A stretch of 64,000 nucleotides of DNA from Azolla caroliniana. Lineage: Eukaryota > Plantae > Polypodiophyta. Below are positions 13,701 through 24,299 of the stretch, piece by piece. Positions within the stretch are counted from its first letter, which is position 1; each line of letters starts with the position of its first letter. The position numbers and the translations under genes are program-made. Below the pieces are notes generated by a model. The model saw nothing but the letters and a program-made list of their open reading frames with translations. It was not told where the DNA came from and did no database searches. The stretch covers positions 10,106,001 to 10,170,000 of the forward strand of contig JBHGNT010000015.1 of assembly GCA_043228905.1 (NCBI GenBank), given 5' to 3'.

Positions 13701-15203
13701 ACAAGTGAACGAGAAGGAAGTTTGGAACATTGAATAAAATGTTTACAATTATTAAATTCAAATGTGATTGAGTGATTAACCCAATCAATGAACAAAGAAG
13801 GGTTTTTATTAAAAAACCAAGGGTATCCTAAAATGACATTTGCAGATTGTAGTTTCATAAGATGAAAGTCTAGCCTCTCCAAATAGGTATCTATTTGAAT
13901 TGGTAGTTGACAAACAATGCCACTGATGTATTGAACGCTTCCATTTGCCATGTAAACTTGATAGATATGATCACTTGCGTTTATGTGGAGTTCCATTTGC
14001 TGCACAAAGTGATCATTAAGAAAATTGTGAGAACCACCGGAATCAAACAAGAAATGTGCTTGTGTTCCATTGATATACGCGATTGCTCGGAGTAACTGTG
14101 AAGGAAAAGTGCATTCACATGAACTTAAGTGGTTGGTATGAACTTCAACAACATGAAAAGAATCACCTGTGTGACTCGTAGATTTGTCTTGAGGAGGGGT
14201 GTTCATTGACTTCCTCTCAAGACGACGACATGTATCCTTTGTGTGGCCCTGCTTCTTGCAATATGCACAAAAGAAGTTCGGTTTCTTGGAGTCACGGTCA
14301 AGAGTGTCACTAGATTGCTTACATTTTCCAATGAACTTGACATTCGGAATTTTGGCAAACTTAGGTTTATTGTGATCTTTCTTGGAATTCCTATGGTACC
14401 ATAGTACAATGTTTGCGGTTTCCTCAAAAGTTTTGGGGTCCTAGTCATGGATAATCCAATGGTAATCCCCATTGGGAATACCATTCAAAAAGCAAGCAAC
14501 AAACCATTTCTCACCTGTAAGTTCCGATTTTTGGATCTGGGTCCGAGCACGATGCACATAATCCTTGATAGAGGTAAATGACTCACTCGACAATGTGAGC
14601 AAATCTTGCACTTGTTCAGTTTGAGACGGTGGAAAATGTTTCTTAAAAACTTAAACGAAACCTTCCCAAGTTGTGGGTAAATTCTTTGCAGTCCATAGAC
14701 TGCGCCACCAAGCAACAACTCAGCCACCTAACTCACAACCGACATAACCAATTTTTACAGCATCAGCCTTGGGGTGGAGCTCAAAGTGAGACTCCCAATG
14801 ACCAAGCCAAGTGCTAATTGCCTCATCGGTTCTTTCTTTCTTATCTCCCTTGAATGGCGTTACTACAAAAGAAGGTTCACCTTCTTTCTTGGACTCAATA
14901 GTCAATTCTTGGAATTTCTTTTCCAATGTCATATTGGCTCATCGGTTCTTTCTTTCTTATCTCCCTTGAATGGCGTTACTACAAAAGAAGGTTCACCTTC
15001 TTTCTTGGACTCAATAGTCAATTCTTGGAATTTCTTTTCCAATGTCATATTGGCTTGCCTCATTTTGGCCAATTGATTCAAGTTAGTAGTGAGAAATTGT
15101 TCAGTAGTGATCTCAGCTTGTGTGCGAGATGCGGATTGGAGTTGAGAGGTCTCGGTCGGAGATATCACTCCAACAACGTTCAGAACTTGTTCCTTGATGC
15201 AAG
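10753..15203 (-). pseudogene. A2 gag-pol (protease LFDSGG, RT, RNase H, integrase, chromodomain), fragmented
   Basis: ORFs 13646-14206 (PR), 13039-13641 (RT), 12375-12617 (RH), 11126-12339 (INT HHCC/core) and 10753-11019 (chromodomain). Confidence 0.9.
14822..15055. repeat. Perfect 116-bp tandem duplication in A2 gag
   Basis: ctcatcggttctttc...tcatattgg begins at 14822 and again at 14938. Confidence 0.95.
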
Positions 15204-15676
15204 TGTTACCGATTAGGAACACGGTCCTCAGTCAGTCCTTTGACCTAGACCTCAAGGTGATTGCGTTGCCATGAATGGTACAGTCGTACCGTAATACGTA
15301 ATGGGATATCTCTGCGTATCCTAGTAGCGTATAAGAGAGACGCCTACAACCGAACTCCCTAGACATTGCAGTAGTAACAACACTCGTACTCACGCCCACA
15401 CTTCTTACTATTACAATACGCCACGAAGAATCACAGATACACAGTGGATTAACCACAGATAAACACAGAGGATCAGAGAAGATAAAACTCTATTAAGATA
15501 CGCTCTATGCACCAAAACTTACACGCTCCTTCTTATAGAGGATTTTTTCCCTTTATATACACAGGGTCTTTTGGCCGTTCACGCTTCTCGCGTGACCCGT
15601 TACATGCGTTATGTTTTTACTATATTCTATATTTTTGCGCTCCTGTCCGTCGGTTACTATTCCGGCGGACAACAAC

Positions 15677-15694
15677 TGGCACGCCTCTGGGACA
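15677..15694 (+). promoter_or_regulatory. Inverted tRNA-Arg-like PBS at the PPT position of G1
   Basis: tggcacgcctctgggaca, 2 nt inside the 3' LTR and antisense to gag-pol. The same motif occurs at 50992. Confidence 0.75.
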
Positions 15695-16574
15695 GTGCCA
15701 TGGCACGTCAGACCCACCCCTTTAATCTTCCTCCAAAATGGCCCGGATGTTTGGCTCTGCTCCGGTGTCCAGGTCCAGGGACAACGTAGTGTCCGTAGGC
15801 GCGTCGTTGCATGGTTCCATTACTTGCTCGGTAGGGCTTCCCATGGTGTCGTTGGCTTCTTGTGTGGGCGGTCCAGGCTCTACTAGCTCATCTTGTGCTA
15901 TTGTGGTTGGTTCAGCCATGGGCAGGCTCGCGGTAGGTTGAGGTTCTGTCTCGTCTGTCTCGTCCGTCACTTCCTCCGTGGTGTCGGCCGTAGTCGTACA
16001 CTTCGGTGAATGGGGCTGGGGTTCCTCTTGGTGGGCGGTTTCGCTTTCTGGTATCGCGGGAGGCTCCGCTTGCCATTCTATGTTTTCCACTGTAGTGGTT
16101 ATTTCCGGTGACATGGGTTGAGGTTCCTCTTGTTTGGCAATATCTGGAATAGGTATCACGATGGATTCCTCATTTGTTCACGTGCTGCCGGTTTGCATGA
16201 TGTGGTGAAATAGGTCCTCTTGACTTTCGCCAAAATTGTCTAGTAGTTGTGTGAGTTCCTCGGAGTGTTGGTCCGCTAGCGTGCGATAATCCTGCGGTAG
16301 GTCCTCGCATACTGCCGCAATGCTTTCCTCATTGAGTTTGTAGAACCCTTGGTCGTCTTTCCTTCGGTTCTCCCAGTCTGCCCGGTATGTATGCAACCCT
16401 CGGTCGTCTTTCCTTTGTCTAGCACCGATTTTAATTGTGCCGTAAACCTCTCCTGATTGGTTTGAAGAAGTATGCACACGTTGTCGGTTATTGCTTGGCA
16501 ATGGTTGCGTGCTTCTTCTACGATTTTCTTGAGGTTTTCAATTTCTTGTTTACTAACCGTCGCTGCTTCCTCAT

Positions 16575-19500
16575 TGTAGAAAGTAGTGTGCGGAAGCAAG
16601 TATGAAGACAGAACAGAGGAAGGAAACACAGGTTTAATGGAGAGCTTGGACTTACACGGTATACGCGGGAGAGACAGAGAGAGAAACACAAAAAACTATA
16701 TTCAACAGTAATACTCAATCTCTGTACATAAGACGTGCTCAGTGAGCACTTTTATACAAGTCCTAGAAGGACTAACCGAACTACTGACAGTACTTCAATG
16801 CTCATCAAGAGCCCCTACACTAACTCCCAAATATATTCCGTGAGGAATATCTTTCCTAACGACCTAACCGATCGGTCCCAACCGATCCGGTCCTCGGCTT
16901 CTTCAGCCGATCCGGCCGATGTTGAGCTTGTCTCTCAACACTCCCCCTCAAGCTCAACTCGAGGCTCTTTGGGATCCTCGGGCTCACGGCTCCGGTTCCT
17001 CCTGGTTTCACGCCTCGCTCACGCTCCTCGACCTGTTCGTCTCCGCGCGCTTCGACCCTTGCGGTCGGCTTGTATGCTTATGCGGCCTTTATCAGCTCTT
17101 CTGCTGTTGCGGTGTCGACGCTTCTCCTGCTGCCTTTTCTTCCGCTTGGGCCTCGGTTGATTCAGATACGCTGAATCAAACATCCGAACCGACTCGGCTA
17201 CCTCCGATCGGTTTTCGCTCTCGTCCGAGTTGGCTGTCTCCAACTCGTCTTCCGTTTTCTCACCCTCGATGGCGTCATCTCCCCTATCCTTGGTTAGCTT
17301 CAGCTCTCTCCTTCAGCTGCTCCCCTTCTGTCTGCTTCCAAACATCTCCGCGGGTCCGTTCTCGCCTTCTTCAGCCGATCCGAAGTCGAACTTGTCAACC
17401 GACTCGGTGTCGCGGTCTCCGCTCCTTTCCTGTTGCTTTGCCTGGTCGTTCGGGACTGTTCTCCCCCTCAAGTTCGGCACATCGAGGTGACGCAATCCGA
17501 GCGCACCTGAGAATTGCCGCAACTTGTCCAGACCAAGAGGATTGGTGAAGATGTCGGCAGCCTGCCGATCCGTCGGAACGTACTGAAGTTCGATTTCACC
17601 GGAAAGGACACGCTCACCGACGAAATGGTAGTGCACCTCAATGTGCTTGGTCCATGCATGGAAGACGGGGTTCTTCGCGAGTTGGATGCTGCTGAGGTTG
17701 TCGCAGTAGATCGTCGTTGGATCGGACACCTCGTCTTCCACTTCAACCATATGGCTTCGCATGTCGCGACAGCCGCTCCTCAGTACTCAGCTTCAGTGCT
17801 CCACAGTGCAACTGTCGGATGCTTCTTACTGCTCCACGCGATCACGACACTCCTGAGGGAAAACGCGTATCCAGACGTGGATCGGCGATCGGCGGCGTTG
17901 CCAGCCCAATCAGCATCGGTGTAGCCGACTAACTGCGCGGCTACACTGGTCTGATATAGCAATCCCCGGTCCTTAGTGCCGTTGACATACCGAAGTATGC
18001 GTTGCGCACACTGAAGGTGCTCCTCGGTAGGTCGCGCCATGAACTTACTGATCACCCCGACCCGACCAGATAACTGAGGTCAGGTCGGGTGATGGTCAAG
18101 TATATGAGGCTTCCGACAATTTGTCGGAACCTCGTCGGGTCGCATACCTTTCCCGTATCAGAACGAAGCTACACGGTTCTATCGAGAGGAGTCGAGACGG
18201 TCTTACAGTCGGCCATCCCAAATTTGAAGAGCATACTCAACACGTAGTGACGTTGGCTGATCAATATGCCTTTAGGGGTACGGATCACTTCGATCCCGAG
18301 GAAGTAATGAAGGTCCCCCAGATCCTTCATGTCGAACGATGCCGCAAGTTGGAGCTTCACGCGGTCGATTTCACCTAGGTCGGCGCCGGTGATGACCAAG
18401 TCATCAACATACAGTAAAATACTAACCGGTCCGAGTCGACCTTTCCGGATGAACAGGGAAGAGTCCGATTTTGACGTGACGAAGACCATCCGACGCAGTT
18501 GTTGCGTGATCTTCACGTTCCAGGCACGCGGGGCTTGCTTCAGTCCGTAAAGCGACTTCTTCAGTCGGCATATTGCCGAGGAGTTCGTTCTAGTGTGAAA
18601 TCCGAGGGGTTGTACCATGTACACCTGATCCTCAAGGTCACCTTGCAGGAACTCATTCTTCACATCCATCTGATGTAGGTGCCACCCCTTGGCCACGGCT
18701 ACTACAAGCAAAACATGGACGGTCGTCATTTTCGCGACCGGCGCAAACGTCTCATCGTAGTCGATGCCATGTTTCGGCGCGTAGCCCTTTGCCACTAGCT
18801 GAGCCTTGTACCGGTTGACCGAGCCATCGGTGTTGTACTTGATTTTGTACACCCATCTACACCCGATCGGCTTCACACCCTTCGGTGCGTTAACCAGATC
18901 CAGGTCTCGTTCTCCGCCAATGCGTGCATCTCTTCCTCCATTGCGGCACGCCAATTTGCGTCTTCCGCCGCGTCTGCGTAGCTCTCCGGCTCACGCACTT
19001 CCGCTACACGAGTCATGTACGCATAATGATGCGCCAGGTACTCATTGTATCCGAACCGCACAACTGGGTTCTTTTGGCAGGTAGATCGCCGTAATCTCAC
19101 ATCAGCCGATGTCGAAGCCTTCTCGGCCGACGCGGTCTTCACCTTTAAAGACCCGTCACCGGTTCCCTCGGAGTTGGACTCGCGTCGGCCTGACTCGTTC
19201 CTATCCGTGCCGGAATCCGACACCTTCTTCTTCCCTTTCTCTTTGCGCATAAGCCGTCTCCTCGTCTTCCTGCACGGGGAATGCATGGCCGAGTCTCCAC
19301 TACTCGCCGGCTCTTCATCGGACTGGTCGTACCGACTCAGTCGTCCAATCGGTCCACTTAACCGGAGTGAAATCGGACTCTCTTCGCGGGTCTCGATTTC
19401 GGGCTCATCCGGAGGCATCTCGGCCTCGCTGACCCCATCGTCAGGTCTCGTATTCGAGTCGGGGTTCTGAGGCGAGGGCAGGTACCAGGACGCGTACTCG

Positions 19501-22178
19501 TCAAACACAACGTCGCGGCTGACACGCGCTTGTTTGGTGCGAGGGTTATAGCACTTATAACCCATCTGCTCGTCTGAGTAACCGACCAAGATGCACTTCT
19601 CGGCCTTTGCGTCCAGCTTCCTCCTTTTCTCCTTCGGTACATGCACATACACCATGTTACCGAACACCCTCAAGTGTCGCAAGTTCGGCTTCGTTCCGAA
19701 ATATAGCTCGTGCGCCGACACTTTGTCTCCAATCCGGTTCTGGATGTATACCGCGGTCCTTACCGCCTCGGCCCAGTAGAACTTGGGCAAGCTCTTCTCC
19801 TCCAACATTGCCCGTGCCGCTTCCACAATCGACCGATTCTTTCTCTCGGCCACGCCGTTCTGCTCTGGCGTGTATCTACAACTGAATTCGCGGTGAATTC
19901 CCATTTGTTGTAGGTAACCGTTGAATTGACCGGAAAAGTACTCTTTCCAGCCATCTGACCGCAGGCACTTGATCTTTCGTCCCGTTTCGGTTTCCACGAA
20001 CCCTTTGAGGTCCCGGAAACAGTCGAAGACTTCGCTCTTCCTCTCAATGAGGTAGATCCACGTGTGCCGCGTGTGGTCGTCGATGAAGGAGACGAAATAT
20101 CGGCTCCCGCCAAGACTAACGTTTTGTGCCGGCCCCCACACTTCGGAGTGTATAAGGTCGAGCTTGTTCCGGCTCCGGTTTCGCTCGTTGGGGAAGGGAA
20201 GTCGGTGTTGCTTCCCGAGCTGGCAGGCTTCACAAACTTGTGCCTTTCGGCCACTAAATTTGGGCAAACCAAACACTACCTGTTTCGTTTGCAGATCTTG
20301 AAGCCGCTGGTAGTTGACGTGGCCTATCCGCTTGTGCCACAAGTCGATGTCTGACTCGGTCTTTTGTCCCTTCGCGAACATTGCGGTGCCGCCATCAGTG
20401 GAGTCGAGGATGAACATCCTCCCGTCTTTGCGCCCTTGCGCAATCACACAGCCTTCTTCCTCAATGAAGCACCCGAGGTGTGTAAACCGAACCTCCATCC
20501 CTTGGTCGACGATCTGTCCGACCGATACCAAGTTCTTCGTGATTGTCGGAATGTGCAACACGTTCTTGAGTTTCCCTTTCTGCCCGATATGGCTAAGGGG
20601 AGCTTCTCCGACATTCGCGATTGGATGTGGAGTGTCGTCTCCTGTTGAGACTACTCCCGGTTGTGTCGGTTTTTCAAGGTACGAGAACCACTCCTTATGG
20701 CTCGTCATGTGGTTTGACGCACCGGAGTCTACGTACCACACCTCGTCCGATCTCGGGGTGCTTTGTTTCATTGAGTTTGCTTCGTGTCTTGTCACGAAGA
20801 CAGACCCTTCTCCAGCTCTCCCGGAGTCTTTGGCGTACTGCGATCGCTGCCGATTTCCCTTGTCGGTATGTCTGGAGCTGTTCCCGGAACCAGTTCTCTC
20901 CGAATCGGCGCGCTTCTTCCAGCACTCACATTCCCTGTGGCCTTTCTAGCCACAGTACCAGCACTCCGCGATGGCCTTCCCTTGCCGGTTCTCATTGCTT
21001 CGACTCCCCCTGTTTCCGGAGGATCCGGAGTTGTTGTCAGCATCACATCGGTGCCTTCTTCCTTGATCTCGTCGGCCGCTTCCATTGCGTACCGACTCGC
21101 CTCGTCCGCCACGACCATGGGGCCTTTCTCCCTCCGTGTACAACATCTTGTTGTAGGTGTGCGTGCTTCTCGACGCACCCGCGTGGTTCTCCTCTACCAG
21201 GAGCATCGACTGTAAGTCGAAAAAGGACGGCGTATTCTCCCGGGTACACACAGCCATTCGGAACGCTCTGAACTTCGACGCCAAACCTCCGAGACAGATC
21301 TGGACCATCTCGCTCTCCTCGATGTTCACCTCTATGGAGGCGAGGGAGTCACAGATATCCTTGATCTTCGAGGTATAGTCCACCACCGACAAGTCGCGTT
21401 GTCGTAGGTTGCTCAACTCTTGTCGGAGCTGAAGCTTCCTGGCTGTGGTGCTCGCGGCGAAAATCTTCTTCAGATTTTCCCACGCACCCTTCGGCGTCTT
21501 TGCATCCCGAACATAGCTCAATAGTTGTTCGCACACATACGACGCGAAGCAGTATAGTACCCTGCCCGCTGATTCCTCCCATGACAGAAAGTCTCTGTGT
21601 GTCGATTCGGGTGCCGCGTCATTAGCTCCTTCAACATAACTCCAGTAGCCATACCCGAGCAAGTACTGGTGCATCTTGTAGGACCAAGACGCGTAGTTGG
21701 TTCTGTCGAGCTTCTCAGTTGGAAGCGAGCTCGCCATGCCTCTATCCATCGTTCTTCTTCGTCAAGCTATGTTGGCTGTAGAGAGGTTCTCAACCCTCGC
21801 GCTCTGATACCATGTAGAAAGTAGCGTGCGGAAGCAAGTATGAAGACAGAACAGAGGAAGGAAACACAGGTTTAATGGAGAGCTTGGACTTACACGGTAT
21901 ATGCGGGAGAGACAGAGAGAGAAACACAAAAAATTATATTCAACAGTAATACTCAATCTCTGTACATAAGACGTGCTCAATGAGCACTTTTATACAAGTC
22001 CTAGAAGGACTGACCGAAGTACTGACAGTACTTCAATGCTCATCTAGATCCCCTACACTAACTCCCAAATATATTCCGTGAGGAATATCTTTCCTAACAA
22101 CCTAACCGATCGGTCCCAACCGATCCGGTCCTCGGCTTCTTCAGCCGATCCGGCCGATGTTGAGCTTGTCTCTCAACA
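16575..22178 (-). mobile_element. Ty1/Copia 'D1', full-length, young
   Basis: 366-bp LTRs 16575-16940 and 21813-22178. TSD CTCAT. PBS gctctgatacca at 21801-21812 and PPT at 16941-16950. Confidence 0.96.
17313..21749 (-). pseudogene. D1 gag-pol (gag, CCHC, protease DSGAS, integrase, RT YVDD, RNase H) with a few stops/frameshifts
   Basis: ORFs 20946-21749, 18873-20795, 18169-18954, 17780-18055 and 17313-17762. Confidence 0.93.
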
Positions 22179-24299
22179 CTCATAAGTGCTCCTCATTCTT
22201 GCCCATAGCTGAGATTCCTTCGAATGTAATTCCTCGAGCCTGCCCATTTCATTGTTTAGACAGATTTCGAGCTGATGCCTCCTTTCCTGTTCCCCTACAA
22301 GTTGCTCGTTGAACCATGCTTTCTTCTTCTCCAATAAGGCCCGAAGTCCCGTGATCGTTGCATCTAATTTCTGCGCTTCCTCCTGTAATTTGGCGTTCTC
22401 TTCTTTTGTCCGGATGTGTTATGTTGCCTCCGCTACGAGTTTCTCTTCAAGGGTCTTTACTGCCTTTCAGCCATTGGCCCGGATGTCCTTTTCTCTGTCC
22501 GAGGACTGGCTATGTTCGGAGCGGAGACGGTCAATCTCCGATTCCGCCAGTTGCATGGCCCGTTTTGCTTTCAAGGCAATGGCGGTCTGGGCTTCAATTT
22601 CCTCTCTTAGGGCCTCGGCGGCGTTGGTTGTTGGTTGAGCTGCCTGCTGCGGCGTAGTCGCGTGACGTTCCAACTCCGCGATGCGTTCATTGGCCTTTTG
22701 TAGCTCGGCTTGGGTCAATTTAACATTTTTCGAGAGATTTTTATTTTTAATTGCCATATCCTTGGCGCCAATACTGACCTTAGCCAGTTCCCTATGTACT
22801 TCAACCAGGGTCGCGTTTAATGGGGGTAGTTTCATCCCCATTCAACATACACCCACGTTCTGTTGTCTGCCGACTCTGGCTATCTACTCCTCATCATCGC
22901 TTTCCTCCGTTTGTGTTAGCGCGCGCTCGATCATTTGGCGCTCCGCTTGCTCCTCGGTTAGTCGTTGTGAGACTTTTATTTGTTGTGTTGCCAAAAATTC
23001 CATGAGTTCAAAAGTAGTTCCGAACTGTAATAGTGCGCCAAACTCATGGGCCGTGTCCGGAATGTCCGGATACACCAAGACGTCGCTTTCCACCGTAAAT
23101 ATGCCTTTCCCCCGTTGTGACTAGGCCGAAATAATCGGTCGTGGTTCCTGGATTAATTCGAAGGTGGTGTTGGGCTCCGTGGCTACGGAGCTATCGACCA
23201 CGGTCGTCATCGCTGTGGCCATGAGTGTGTCTTTAACTAACCCGCAACCATCTTTCCGGTCCAGCCTCCGCCGTTTCAGCCTCAGGCTTCCTTGACTTGG
23301 TTCGGCTTCCGGCTCCGACACAGCTTCCTCGCTGCGCTCCGCCCGTTCTTCCTGTGTTGTTCGCGTGTTGGTTTGGGTTGATTGGGGTTCATCCTCCCAC
23401 TTTGTGGTGGCCAACTCCGCTAACCTTCACTTCGCGGATCGTGACGGTGGTGTGGGGTTGTTGTGCTGCGGTGCCGGCAGTCCTCGGGGTAGGAGTAGTA
23501 TCGTCAGATATTGTTGTATGATAGGCCTTAGCTTTTGGCCTCCTTGATACGTGTGCAGGCCTTCCCATAACGTTGGTCCCATAATGGCCCCCCAATCGAT
23601 CGTGCGCCCTTCAAAGGTATCAATGATGATACCTACCTTCTGCTTGGGCATCCCATATGTGTTTATATGTACGCATCTAATCTCCAACAGAAACTTGGCT
23701 ATTTCGCAAAAAAAGGGGTCGGGGATTTCCTTCGTTCTGTATGCCTTGGCGGACGCCGAATATGGCCCGAAATATCTCTGCAAAGTTTCCGCAGGAGGGA
23801 TTTTGAAATGCCTTTCTCCTAGTGATGACAGGTCAAGCTTTTTCCAGATGGATGTGTTGGTGACTGTGTCGATATTGAGCTTCCTGGCGATGTCCAGTGC
23901 TTCAGGGTGGGGAGGTGCCTCGGTGACTTTGATGTATCCATCCAAGCATTTCTCCACGAGTCATCGATGCAAGGCGTCAGAAATGGGTATCGGGATAGTC
24001 AGATGGTTAGGCTCGTGGCTAATGGGTGAGGACTATTGGCTATGGCGAACTTGATTTCTGTGAAAGGATGGAGAAGAGGGTGAGGGAGGGGAGCGATGAA
24101 AGCAATGAGAGTTAGAATGTTGGTTTCTGTAATGTCCAGAAAAACTTCTATTTCTTTCTTTTTGTGGCCTAGGGTTCATTGGTTGGTGAGCCATCATGGT
24201 GCCGCGTGTTCTTGGCCTAGAAGTCTGTGCATGCCTTAAGTCCTTTTAATAGCGTCGCTATCTTCTCACTTCTTCTTTTTCCCGGAACGGTTAGATACA

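Larger units (their letters stand above)
15722..24050 (-). pseudogene. G1 accessory ORF downstream of pol (globular N-terminus, coiled coil, Pro/Glu/Thr-rich tail), split by D1 and frameshifts
   Basis: Collinear sense-strand ORF pieces 23427-23957, 23121-23414, 22884-23093, 22467-22841, 16178-16574 and 15722-16159. Confidence 0.65.

Noticed and set aside
16735-21378. Many plus-strand ORFs over D1 (and likewise over D2)
   Set aside because: Antisense shadows of a GC-rich gag-pol with no recognisable domains.
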